DNA of 64,000 nt from an uncultured Flavobacteriaceae bacterium (lineage in GTDB: Bacteria > Bacteroidota > Bacteroidia > Flavobacteriales > Flavobacteriaceae), in NCBI GenBank assembly GCA_963716625.1, contig CAVQTP010000008.1, positions 73,812-137,811 of the forward strand, read 5' to 3'. The notes under the pieces were generated by a model. That model did no database searches. It was not told where the DNA came from and saw nothing but the letters and a program-made list of their open reading frames with translations. Position numbers and translations under genes: made by a program. Positions 1 through 9,256 of the stretch are shown here, piece after piece (position 1 is the first letter of the stretch; each line of letters begins with the position of its first letter).

Positions 1-86
1 GAAGTAATATCATCAGAGGAGTCTTGACAAGAAATAATACTTAATATTAAAATGAGTATTAGAAAAGGATGTGTGGCAAATCTCAT
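1..86 (-). CDS. Lipoprotein, 5' part only (runs off the window start)
   Basis: Manual translation from ATG at 86: MRFATHPFLILILILSIISC-QDSSDDIT. Hydrophobic h-region, lipobox Cys, then an acidic stretch resembling the Bacteroidota lipoprotein export signal. Not in the ORF track. Confidence 0.7.
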   Translation of the reverse strand, partial: MRFATHPFLILILILSIISCQDSSDDIT

Positions 87-189
87 AGTTGTATTTTATA
101 GTGTAACGCAACTTATTGGTATTTATGTTAAGGTTCCGTTATTCTATTTCATTTTTTAAGAGAACCTCCTATCTTTAAAAGAAAAAGCG

Positions 190-402
190 ATGATTAAAGA
201 AGGAACAAAGGTAAAGTGGAGCTGGGGAAATGGCTCAGCTACAGGAAAAGTAAAGTCAACATTTACAAAAAGTGTGACCCGTACCATAAAAGGTAACGAA
301 GTAACACGCAATGGAGAAGAGGGAAATAAAGCACTTTATATTGAGCAAGAAGATGGAGACAATGTCCTCAAATTAGAGAGTGAAGTAGAGCGTGTAGATT
401 AA
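190..402 (+). CDS. DUF2945 / Hva1 Tudor-like small protein
   Basis: 70 aa, G-x-KVKWSWGNGSATGKV...TIKGNEVTRNG pattern typical of DUF2945. Confidence 0.75.
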   Translation: MIKEGTKVKWSWGNGSATGKVKSTFTKSVTRTIKGNEVTRNGEEGNKALYIEQEDGDNVLKLESEVERVD

Positions 403-427
403 ATACATAGAAATTAGTAGTCCTTTC

Positions 428-445
428 ACGCTTTCGCGAAAGCGT
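428..445. repeat. Iterated palindrome, perfect 16-mer extended to 18 bp (intergenic)
   Basis: ACGCTTTCGCGAAAGCGT. Confidence 0.95.
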
Positions 446-481
446 AAAAACTCTTGCTAACATATTTCAAATAACAGGATC

Positions 482-1099
482 ATGGCAGAATTCATTAAGC
501 TTTACGAAGAAAATCCAAACCCAAAAGAACTTAAAAGAATTGTAAAAATTCTTAAAGATGGAGGACTTATTATTTATCCCAGTGATACGGTGTATGCGCT
601 AGGGTGTGATATCACAAATACGAAAGCGCTTGAGCGTGTGGCTCAAATTAAAGGGGTCAAATTAGAAAAAGCCAATTTTTCTTTTGTCTGCGAGGATTTG
701 AGCAATTTGTCAGATTATGTAAGACAAATAGACTCTAAAACTTTTAAAATTTTAAAGCGAGCACTTCCAGGCCCCTACACATTTATATTACCTAGTAATA
801 GTAATTTGCCACCTGTTTTTAAGAAGAAAAAAGAAGTAGGCATACGCGTTCCAGATAATGCCATCACCAAGGCCATTGTTCACGCATTAGGAAATCCCAT
901 TGTATCGACATCTATCTATGATGAAGATGAAGTCATTGAGTACACTACTGATCCAGAGCTTATTTTTGAAAAATGGCAATCTCGTGTAGATGTGGTGGTA
1001 GATGGTGGTTACGGGGATAATATTCCGTCTACTGTAATAGATCTTACGGGAGATGAACCTATTTTGGTACGGGAAGGTAAAGGAAGTCCTGAAATATAA
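482..1099 (+). CDS. Sua5/YciO/YrdC family (L-threonylcarbamoyladenylate synthase-like) protein
   Basis: IIYPSDTVYALGC, LPGPYTFIL, GIRVPD and STS motifs. Confidence 0.9.
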   Translation: MAEFIKLYEENPNPKELKRIVKILKDGGLIIYPSDTVYALGCDITNTKALERVAQIKGVKLEKANFSFVCEDLSNLSDYVRQIDSKTFKILKRALPGPYTFILPSNSNLPPVFKKKKEVGIRVPDNAITKAIVHALGNPIVSTSIYDEDEVIEYTTDPELIFEKWQSRVDVVVDGGYGDNIPSTVIDLTGDEPILVREGKGSPEI

Positions 1100-1124
1100 A
1101 GCACTCAATAGTTTTCTTACTATC

Positions 1125-1153
1125 AAATCTCGAGGTTTACTTCGAGATTTTTT
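1125..1153 (+). terminator. Intrinsic terminator
   Basis: AAATCTCGAG-gtttac-TTCGAGATTT followed by a T-run, 25 nt after the stop codon. Confidence 0.75.
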
Positions 1154-1273
1154 ATAGGTATTAGTTCAAAAATATATAAAAGTTGTTGTAACTAAATAAC
1201 CTCTCCGGGTAGGAGAGGCTCTTAACTAAATCTAATAAAGATTTGGGGATTTACTATGCAATTGCTTAGTAAC

Positions 1274-2035
1274 TTATGAACCGACTAAGGCTGTATTTAA
1301 TGGAGTTTCAATAAAGTTATTACGATGGTATGCTAGTTCATCAAGATTTAAGTCGTTAATTTCCTTAGGAAAGATTCCTTCAAAATTGTTGTCAAACAAG
1401 CTTAAACTTTTTAAATTAGGTAGTGATACTATACATCTTGGTATTTCTCCTGTAAAAGAATTACTACTTAATTGTAATTCTTTTAAATTTTTTAAACTTG
1501 AGATGGAATCTGGTATCTCACCTTCTAAAAAATTACCATAAACACTTAATCTCTTAAGGTTTGTGAGACTACTAAGATCGTTAGGTAGCTCACCACTTAA
1601 TTCATTAAAAAATACATCAAAATATTCCAAATTTGTCATTTGAGATATCTCGTTAGGTATAGATCCTTTTATTTTGTTTATAGACAGATTTAAAATTTTA
1701 AGAGCTTTAAGTTCAGCAACGCTAGATGGAATTTCACCCACTAGATTATTGTTATGAAGATTTAAAACTCTTAAGAATTTTAAATCCTTTAAACTGGTAG
1801 GTAATGTACCATTCAGATTATTATTTTTTAAAGTAATAGACATTACATGATTACTTATGATAGTTACACCTTTCCATGCTGTAGGTTCTGCAGTTAGATC
1901 CCAGGTTTGGGTCCAAGCATCACCGTTAGTATAAGCATATAAGTCTAGAAGCGCTTGCTTTTCACTTTCTGGTATAGAAGCAAATGACAGTGAAGTGAGA
2001 AGAGATAATATCAAAGTAAATGTAATTGTTTTCAT
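1274..2035 (-). CDS. Secreted leucine-rich repeat protein (plant-type LRR)
   Basis: Repeats of LxxLxLxxNxLxGxIPxxI; N-cap EKQALLDLY...W...WKGV; signal peptide from ATG 2035 (MKTITFTLILSLL). The track start at 2125 is probably too far upstream. Confidence 0.85.
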   Translation of the reverse strand: MKTITFTLILSLLTSLSFASIPESEKQALLDLYAYTNGDAWTQTWDLTAEPTAWKGVTIISNHVMSITLKNNNLNGTLPTSLKDLKFLRVLNLHNNNLVGEIPSSVAELKALKILNLSINKIKGSIPNEISQMTNLEYFDVFFNELSGELPNDLSSLTNLKRLSVYGNFLEGEIPDSISSLKNLKELQLSSNSFTGEIPRCIVSLPNLKSLSLFDNNFEGIFPKEINDLNLDELAYHRNNFIETPLNTALVGS

Positions 2036-2224
2036 ATTCTTTGGTTGTTTTGATTTGCTTAGTACTAATTTAAATTCTTTTTCCAACCTAGCAATAATTT
2101 TAGCATTATTTTCGATAAAATACACGCAAATTTAACATTTAAACGTCAAATAAGTGTATTTCATCGATGTTTTAGATAGTTTTAGATTATATGTTAATTT
2201 ATTTAACATATTCTTAGATATAGA

Positions 2225-2254
2225 AAAACCGTCTAAATTCATTTAGACGGTTTT
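2225..2254. terminator. Bidirectional-type terminator downstream of the OmpA/MotB gene
   Basis: AAAACCGTCTAAAT-tc-ATTTAGACGGTTTT. Confidence 0.8.
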
Positions 2255-2294
2255 CCTTAGGATGATGGATTACACCATCAAGATTTATAAAGAT

Positions 2295-3155
2295 TTACTC
2301 TCCAGTTTCTAGATTTTTCATCTCTTCTTCAATCATAGTATAAAACTGATCGATTTTAGGGAGTACATAAATTTTAGTTCTTCTATTAATAGATCTGTTT
2401 TCAGCAGTACTATTATCTACAAGGGGCACAAACTCACTACGGCCTGCCGCTATAAGTTGTGAAGGATTTGCTCCTAATTTTACAAGCTCTCTTACGATAG
2501 CTGTACTTCTTTTTGCACTAAGATCCCAGTTATCTAATAAAATACCTCCACTGTTGTAAGGCACATTATCAGTATGGCCTTCTACTAGCGCTTCAAAATT
2601 AGGTTTACTATTGATTACTTTGGAAACTTTCCCTAAAATCTCCGTCGCTCTTGGTGTTATGTTATAACTACCACTCTTAAACAACATTTTATCTGAAAGT
2701 GATATAAAAACCACGCCTTTCTCCACATTAATCTCAATATCTTCATCATTAAGCCCTACTTCTTTCTTTAAACTTGTCACTAAGGCTAATGTTACACTAT
2801 CTTTCTTAGTAAGGGCATCCTGAAGTCTATTTATTTTCAAATCTTTTTCTTTTAAGCTTTCAAGAGATTTTTCAAGATTTGTAGCTCCTTGTTGTGTTAG
2901 TACAGTAAGGTCTTTAGAACTTTCAATTAAACTATTTTTATCATTTCTGAGCTCAGCCAGTCTTTCTTCTAAAGACATAACTCTTGTGGTAGCACTTGCT
3001 TTTTCTTCTAAACAGGTATTCAACTTTACTGTAGCAGAGTTCAACAAGTCTTGTGTTTCCTGTTGTCTCGCCTCAAGTGCAGCATATTCTTTTTTAGAAA
3101 CGCAAGAGGTTAAGAGTAGGGTGCTGGCAATTCCTGCCATTAATAATCGTTTCAT
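2295..3155 (-). CDS. OmpA/MotB-family peptidoglycan-binding lipoprotein with coiled coil
   Basis: Lipobox LLTSC; coiled coil; C-terminal VEGHTDN...NWDLSAKR...NRR. Confidence 0.9.
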   Translation of the reverse strand: MKRLLMAGIASTLLLTSCVSKKEYAALEARQQETQDLLNSATVKLNTCLEEKASATTRVMSLEERLAELRNDKNSLIESSKDLTVLTQQGATNLEKSLESLKEKDLKINRLQDALTKKDSVTLALVTSLKKEVGLNDEDIEINVEKGVVFISLSDKMLFKSGSYNITPRATEILGKVSKVINSKPNFEALVEGHTDNVPYNSGGILLDNWDLSAKRSTAIVRELVKLGANPSQLIAAGRSEFVPLVDNSTAENRSINRRTKIYVLPKIDQFYTMIEEEMKNLETGE

Positions 3156-3236
3156 AAGTTTTGTAATATTTTGAATTAAAAGGTAAATGTATAAAAAAGC
3201 AAGACTGCCATTTTGAAGTTAACACATATTTAAGTT

Positions 3237-4232
3237 TTAGAGAAGCTCCTTGTACGTGCGCTTTCGCGAAATAAAATACCGCCATACTACAGAAAAAATG
3301 CGTGCATATCTTGAGCTATCTTTTAAGGATTTTCTATCTCCTATAAAACTAGGTATGTGTGTGTAAAAACTAAAGTGCGCTCTCAGAATAGCTAGAAAGT
3401 GTTTCGGCTTACCTGCTGCCAAAAATTTTACACCTGCCAAGCCATCTAAGACAAGTCTAGCCAATATTATAAAAAATGCATGTGTCCCTTTTACGTTTTT
3501 CATAATATTGAAAAGAGAATTTCTGAAGTTGTAAAACGTTTTTTGCGCATTGGCAGAGGCGAGGGTAGCGCCACCTAGGTGTAGAACTTCACTAGCTCCG
3601 CATGCTATAATTTTTTTCCCGCGGTTTTTGATACGCCAGCATAGATCGATTTCCTCTTGATGGGCAAAATACCGTTCATCCAGTCCGCCCACTTGCCAAA
3701 AATCTATAGATCTTACAAATAAACAAGCACCACTTGCCCATTGTACCTCGAGGGTGTCATTATATTGTCCTAGATCTTCCTCACAGGTCTCAAAAACCCT
3801 ACCTCTACAAAAAGGATAGCCAAAACGGTCTAAAAATCCCCCAGCCGCTCCCGCATATTCAAAGTGTGTAGGTCGTTTGTAATCTTTAATTTTGGGTTGC
3901 GCCGCGCCTACAAATGAGTTCTCAAAAAGTGCTACCATAGGTGATAACCAGCCTTCCGTAACTTGGACATCACTATTAAGTAGAACGTAAATGTCACTTT
4001 CTATGGCTGTAAGTCCATCATTGTACCCCTTAGCGTAGCCGCCATTCTCTGTATTCTCTATAATAGTGACGGAAGGAAAGTTAGTACGTATATAGCTTAC
4101 CGAGTCATCAGTACTTGCATTATCTATTACAAATACATCTGCCAGGGGTGCGCTATACCTCATGACCGTACTCAAAAACTGTTCGAGCAGGTTTTTTCCA
4201 TTCCAATTTAGTATGACGATCGCAATTTTCAC
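3237..4232 (-). CDS. Glycosyltransferase family 2
   Basis: IAIVILNWNG, DNASTD, LLNSD, SGAC and EEIDLCWR motifs. Confidence 0.9.
   Translation of the reverse strand: MKIAIVILNWNGKNLLEQFLSTVMRYSAPLADVFVIDNASTDDSVSYIRTNFPSVTIIENTENGGYAKGYNDGLTAIESDIYVLLNSDVQVTEGWLSPMVALFENSFVGAAQPKIKDYKRPTHFEYAGAAGGFLDRFGYPFCRGRVFETCEEDLGQYNDTLEVQWASGACLFVRSIDFWQVGGLDERYFAHQEEIDLCWRIKNRGKKIIACGASEVLHLGGATLASANAQKTFYNFRNSLFNIMKNVKGTHAFFIILARLVLDGLAGVKFLAAGKPKHFLAILRAHFSFYTHIPSFIGDRKSLKDSSRYARIFSVVWRYFISRKRTYKELL
3259..3271. repeat. Partial palindrome copy (13/16) in the GT2 3' end
   Basis: CGCTTTCGCGAAA; read as ISRKR on the minus strand. Confidence 0.75.
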
Positions 4233-4284
4233 AATAGAGTTATAAGGGTTATGGTTCAGGTTGTTTTTAACTATTTAACTGATA

Positions 4285-4737
4285 TTACTTTACGTAGGTA
4301 AACTCAGGAAGGCTTTTCAAAAAACAATACATTTCATTTTTATAATCTAGTTCACAATAATAATGCAAGAGTCCATTAGTTACCATCAGATAATCTGCAT
4401 TAAGTGTAAGATTATAGCGTGCTATTTGATCAAAGCTCTTTTGATCAATTCGAATACTTGGCGCTTTGCATTCTACGATAAGAAATAAACTACCGTCGGG
4501 TTTATACAATACGATGTCATACCGTTTGCGGGTGGTCCCTACTTTTATTTCTTTCTCGACATTAAGCAAACTTAATGGATATTTTTTTTCTTGTTTTAGA
4601 TATTGTATGACGTGCTGTCGTACCCACTCCTCTGGTGTGAGAACTAAGAATTTTTTGCGTATGACACAAAAAATAAACGTTTTGTTTTCGCTATTTTTGA
4701 GCCTAAAGGAATATGCTGGAAATGCAAGTTGTTGCAT
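4285..4737 (-). CDS. Stand-alone type I restriction enzyme HsdR N-terminal domain protein
   Basis: IRKK...LTPEEWVRQ, RYDIV...IVECKAP (PD-(D/E)xK), Q-x-x-R-Y, TNG. Confidence 0.85.
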   Translation of the reverse strand: MQQLAFPAYSFRLKNSENKTFIFCVIRKKFLVLTPEEWVRQHVIQYLKQEKKYPLSLLNVEKEIKVGTTRKRYDIVLYKPDGSLFLIVECKAPSIRIDQKSFDQIARYNLTLNADYLMVTNGLLHYYCELDYKNEMYCFLKSLPEFTYVK

Positions 4738-4774
4738 ACTACAATAGTACTATTTCTTATCTCAAAAGCCAAAG

Positions 4775-5779
4775 GTGGAGCACGCAAAAAACATCGTCGC
4801 AGATATAAAAAACGGGATCATTAAACCTATTTATTTTTTAAGTGGGGAGGAACCTTATTTTATAGACCAGATCTCAAACTATATTGAACAAAATGTACTA
4901 GATGAATCTGAGAAAGGGTTTAATCAGATGGTTCTTTACGGTAGGGATGTGACGGTAGATGATATTGTAAGTAATGCTAAGCGCTACCCTATGATGGCAG
5001 AGCGACAAGTTATTATAGTCAAAGAAGCCCAAGATCTCTCTCGTACTATTGAAAAACTAGCCGCCTATGTTGAGAACCCACAGCCTTCCACGGTTCTTGT
5101 TGTTGCTTATAAATACAAAAAGTTAGATAAACGTAAAGGACTTGCTAAGGCGCTCAAAAAACACGGAATTCTGTATGAAAATAAAAAGCTTTATGAGAAT
5201 AAGGTTGGAGATTGGATACGTAATGTATTAATCGATCATGGATACCACATCCAGCCTAAAGCAGCACAAATGCTAGTAGATTATTTAGGGAATGATTTAA
5301 GTAAAGTTAATAATGAGCTCAACAAACTGATGCTCATATTGCCTAAGGGTAGCGATATCACACCACAGGCTATAGAAGAAAATATTGGGATTAGTAAAGA
5401 CTACAATATTTTTGAACTTCGTAAGGCCATTGTTGAGAAGGATGTTTTTAAGGCACAGCGTATTGCGCACTATTTTACACAAAACCCAAAGGACAATCCT
5501 TTAGTACTCACTGTGGGACAATTATTTAGTCTTTTTTCTAATATTATGAAATATCACGGCTTACCTCAAAAGGATAAAGCCACAGTGGCAAAGACCTTAG
5601 GGGTGTCACCATTTTTTGTGGGAGAATATATCATAGCAGCTCGCAATTATCCCATGAAAAAGGTAAGTTCATGTATAACCATGATACGAGAAGTAGATGT
5701 AAAAAGTAAAGGAGTAGGGGCTAGTGCTTTTGCTAGCAATGATCTTTTAAAAGAACTGCTGGTAAAAATTATGAATTAA
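4775..5779 (+). CDS. holA: DNA polymerase III delta subunit
   Basis: KPIYFLSGEEPYFID, FNQMVLYG, YPMMAERQVIIVKEAQ, IGISKDYNIFEL. Confidence 0.92.
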   Translation: MEHAKNIVADIKNGIIKPIYFLSGEEPYFIDQISNYIEQNVLDESEKGFNQMVLYGRDVTVDDIVSNAKRYPMMAERQVIIVKEAQDLSRTIEKLAAYVENPQPSTVLVVAYKYKKLDKRKGLAKALKKHGILYENKKLYENKVGDWIRNVLIDHGYHIQPKAAQMLVDYLGNDLSKVNNELNKLMLILPKGSDITPQAIEENIGISKDYNIFELRKAIVEKDVFKAQRIAHYFTQNPKDNPLVLTVGQLFSLFSNIMKYHGLPQKDKATVAKTLGVSPFFVGEYIIAARNYPMKKVSSCITMIREVDVKSKGVGASAFASNDLLKELLVKIMN

Positions 5780-5813
5780 TTGGAAGCTTCTGTTGTAAGT
5801 ATCAGCTTCAAAC

Positions 5814-6194
5814 TTATAATATTGCAATGGCAGAAATCTCTACATTTACATATTTTGGTAAATTAGCCACTTCTACCGTTTCGCGAGCAGGAGCAGTTTC
5901 TTCATTAAAATATTTACCATATACTTCATTGATTTTGCCAAAATTCTCCATATCACTTATGAAAATGGTCGTTTTAACTACATTTTCAAAAGTCATATCT
6001 GCTGCGCTAAGTATTGCCTGTAAGTTTTGCATGACAAGCGCTGTTTCTTCAGCGATGCTCCCTTTTAGAAGTTCTCCAGTAGCAGGAATAATCGCAATCT
6101 GACCACTGGTATATAACGTGCCATTTATAAGTGTTGCTTGATTGTATGGGCCTATAGGTGCAGGGGCATCTTGTGTGGTGATAATTTTTTTCAT
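5814..6194 (-). CDS. ridA: RidA family enamine/imine deaminase
   Basis: APAPIGPYNQA, SGQI, PARETVEVANLP, VEIS. Confidence 0.9.
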   Translation of the reverse strand: MKKIITTQDAPAPIGPYNQATLINGTLYTSGQIAIIPATGELLKGSIAEETALVMQNLQAILSAADMTFENVVKTTIFISDMENFGKINEVYGKYFNEETAPARETVEVANLPKYVNVEISAIAIL

Positions 6195-6212
6195 AACATG
6201 AATTTAGGAAGT

Positions 6213-6232
6213 TACGCTTTCGCGAAAGCGTA
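6213..6232. repeat. Iterated palindrome extended to 20 bp (between lptD and ridA)
   Basis: TACGCTTTCGCGAAAGCGTA. Confidence 0.95.
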
Positions 6233-6246
6233 TACATATATCTAAT

Positions 6247-9078
6247 CTATAATCGTTGATCTGGTGTTCTACGTTTGTCATATTTAATATCACTTAACAG
6301 ATTTCCAGAAATTCCTATAAAAAAGTTCCATGAGGTACGACTGTTGTTAGTGTTTACAGGAGGAATCCAGCTGAAACGCATATTCCAACTTTGAAGATCA
6401 CGTGAAAAATTTAAGGAGGTATAAGTGATTCCAGGATTTGCAAAATCGTACCCAGTTGAGCCGCCTACCGTCCATCTATTCCCAAGTTTTACATCACCAC
6501 TCACGACGAGAGAATGGCTAGTGACTTCATCTTGTCTAGCGCTGTTCGTATAACCTACTTGATAACCAAATCTTAAATTCCAAGGAATTTTAAATCTATA
6601 AAACTGCACCTCCTTTTCTTCTTCTTGCTCTGGATTTCTCGTGCCTATATTGTTATCTCCAGTGATATCTACACCCTTTCCAAATAAATCATCTGGGCGA
6701 CCACCTGCGGCAAAGGTTTCATTTTCTGTACGATCTGTATTTTCTCCAGGTTCGTCTCCATCTTTGTCAAAGTCTCTACTAGAAAAACTATAGCCAAAAC
6801 TTGCTTGACCAGCGGTCCATCTAAAGAGACTACCACCATTTTGAATATTTAGTTTGTTTATACGCTGGTTTGCGCTGTTAAGAGCATAAATGTCTAGTGC
6901 TGCACTAAAATTTACATCTAATTTTTCTTGTATAATTGGAACTGATCCACTTATGGAGATAGGAGATAATTTTAAATCTTCTGCGGCAAAATTGTATGCC
7001 GTGCGGATGTTTAAGTTATTTATAAGTTTTATCTTCTTAGGTTCTGTGGCGGTACTATCTCTATCCTTTACCTTAGCTTCAAGAGTATTTGCGAGGGATA
7101 GTGAGACTGAATTAGAAATACGGTTCCCAGGAGCGCCAAAAAATCCATTATCAAAACGAGAATACGCAACATCAATAATTTCTGGCGTATTGGTATCTAT
7201 TTGTGTTGGATCTTCTCGTTCATACGTAGTATAAAATTGATCGAAAGCCGGGGTATAAGACCAGCTTACTGACGGACGTATTACATGACGTATGGTTTGG
7301 ACCTTGCTTCCTTCCTTAAAGTTAAAGGTTCCATAGACGGTAGTTCCCAAGCTTAAACCACCACGATAGGTTCTAAAAGCATCAAAACCGCTTATAGTAT
7401 CAATAACTTCAGTTTGATTGATTTCATCATAGCTTTTGTTTATAGTTTTAAAAACCCAACTTTCTTCATAACTAGCGTTGGCAGAAGCGCTAATGTAATT
7501 AAAAAGTTTAAAGTTAGTAGAAAGGGGTATGTTATGACGTATCCCACTTTGGCCTTCTGCAAACATGGCAGCTGTAAAAAATTCGCTATCTGTAGTTACA
7601 TATCTATTATCTGCATTAACAGCATAACTCAAATTGACATTATCAATGAGTCCTTTTTTTGACCCAGACTTTCCTGCAAAAGGATAAATACGATCGACAC
7701 TAAGCTGGGCACTAGGAAGTGACATGTTGATAGTTTCTGTTTGTGAGTTTTGACTATGCGTTGCAGCCACGGTAAAGTTTACAGGAGTAACTCCAGGAAA
7801 GGTACGGGAGTAGGATACAGAAGAACTAAAGTTATTGTTTAAAAAGTTACCTGTATTTGCTTGACTTAATGACTGCCTATAATAGTTACTACTTCCTAAG
7901 TTTACAGAAGCAGCAAACCGACTGTTAGGGCTTGATTTTGTGTCTTGGCTGTGATTCCACCGTATATTATAGGTATTGGTTTCACTAAAGTCTGGCAAAC
8001 CACGCTCACTAAATAAAATACGCTCCGAATTAAAGCTAAACCGACCGCTAAATTTATAGCGGATCTTATATTCTGTATCTGCTCTAAAGGCGTAGCTACC
8101 ATTAGTATAATAATCTCCCGTAAGTGCCAGATCAAAATAATCACTTAATGCAAAATAATAACCGCCATTTTGTAGTGAATAGCCCCGCTCATTAGATTCA
8201 TTAAAGCTAGGGATTAAAAATCCAGAAACACTTCTTTCTTTTTCCATAGGGAAAAAAGCAAATGGAATTCCTATAGGCGTGGGTACATCTGCGATATACA
8301 TATTTGTAAGTCCTGCAACTAGCTTTTTACCAGGGACAAATTTTACGCGACGTGCATAGAAATAATACTCTGGATTATCAAGATCTTCTGCCGTGGTAAT
8401 TTTTACATTACTCATAAATACAACAGAATCATTTACACGCTTACTGCGCTCTGCTTTTAGATTAATTTGCTGTCCACCAGCGCCCTCTACTCTTGATCCA
8501 TATATAAGTGCTCGCTGTGTGTCGAAATTAAATTTAATAGAGTCAGGCTGGACTTCATTAGCCCCTTGAATGAATACAGGTATTTGGGAATAATTACCAG
8601 CAGAGTCTTTGATTCCTTTTGCAAGCACTGTATTGGTTTGATAGTCTAATATGATCTCACCAGCATTTATTTTCATATCCTCATATACAACTTCTGCTTC
8701 ATTGTACAGAAATATTTTTTTAAGGCGTTGTGATATGCGTTCGTAGTCTTTTGCTTTATACGTTATTTTGTCAGTAAGCCGTTCTTTCTTTTTAATTGTA
8801 GAATCCTGATTTATAGTGGTTTCTGTGACCTTTAGTGAATCAGAAGTTGGGTTAGAAAAACCGCGTGTGGCAATAAGTGACCCTTGTGGAGACGCTGTTG
8901 GTTTCAAATCTGGATTCTGCTTTTTTTGTTGGACTTTAATAGTCTTAGGTAATATTCCTGTAGTTATAGTGTCTTTTCTGGCATTGTTATTGGATTCCTT
9001 CTCTTGACCTAGAGCAGTTGCTTGGGTGAAAAGGCATAAGCCCAGGAGGATAAGAAAAAATGCAGTTTTTGTTTGCAA
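6247..9078 (-). CDS. lptD: Putative LPS assembly protein LptD (Bacteroidota type)
   Basis: Signal peptide, OstA-like N-domain (LYNEAEVVYEDMKINAG), long beta-barrel; divergent from the amidase as in other Flavobacteria. Confidence 0.8.
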   Translation of the reverse strand: MQTKTAFFLILLGLCLFTQATALGQEKESNNNARKDTITTGILPKTIKVQQKKQNPDLKPTASPQGSLIATRGFSNPTSDSLKVTETTINQDSTIKKKERLTDKITYKAKDYERISQRLKKIFLYNEAEVVYEDMKINAGEIILDYQTNTVLAKGIKDSAGNYSQIPVFIQGANEVQPDSIKFNFDTQRALIYGSRVEGAGGQQINLKAERSKRVNDSVVFMSNVKITTAEDLDNPEYYFYARRVKFVPGKKLVAGLTNMYIADVPTPIGIPFAFFPMEKERSVSGFLIPSFNESNERGYSLQNGGYYFALSDYFDLALTGDYYTNGSYAFRADTEYKIRYKFSGRFSFNSERILFSERGLPDFSETNTYNIRWNHSQDTKSSPNSRFAASVNLGSSNYYRQSLSQANTGNFLNNNFSSSVSYSRTFPGVTPVNFTVAATHSQNSQTETINMSLPSAQLSVDRIYPFAGKSGSKKGLIDNVNLSYAVNADNRYVTTDSEFFTAAMFAEGQSGIRHNIPLSTNFKLFNYISASANASYEESWVFKTINKSYDEINQTEVIDTISGFDAFRTYRGGLSLGTTVYGTFNFKEGSKVQTIRHVIRPSVSWSYTPAFDQFYTTYEREDPTQIDTNTPEIIDVAYSRFDNGFFGAPGNRISNSVSLSLANTLEAKVKDRDSTATEPKKIKLINNLNIRTAYNFAAEDLKLSPISISGSVPIIQEKLDVNFSAALDIYALNSANQRINKLNIQNGGSLFRWTAGQASFGYSFSSRDFDKDGDEPGENTDRTENETFAAGGRPDDLFGKGVDITGDNNIGTRNPEQEEEKEVQFYRFKIPWNLRFGYQVGYTNSARQDEVTSHSLVVSGDVKLGNRWTVGGSTGYDFANPGITYTSLNFSRDLQSWNMRFSWIPPVNTNNSRTSWNFFIGISGNLLSDIKYDKRRTPDQRL

Positions 9079-9256
9079 TACGATTAGCCTATTTTTGAAC
9101 GGTGTGCCTCAATTAAAGTGCCAAAATTACGTTATTTTTTTTCAGATAGAAATGAATACACGTATTTTTAAAATTATGGAGCTATCAATTAAACTTCATA
9201 AAATGAAAACGAATTTAAGAACCCAACGATCGTAAGACTCATATTTGATATAAAGG

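Noticed and set aside
2295-3155. Flagellar motor protein MotB
   Set aside because: It is a lipoprotein without the MotB TM Asp segment, and no motA or flagellar genes are nearby. Called generic OmpA-like instead.
4285-4737. Type I restriction-modification or defence locus
   Set aside because: Only the isolated N-terminal domain is present, with no hsdM, hsdS or motor domain in the window.
5878-5888. Weak palindrome look-alikes at 5878 (TTTCGCGAG), 40238, 41660 and 46849
   Set aside because: They are short or mismatched, and two are explained by conserved peptides (RidA PARET, SpoIIM MREAAF). Not counted.
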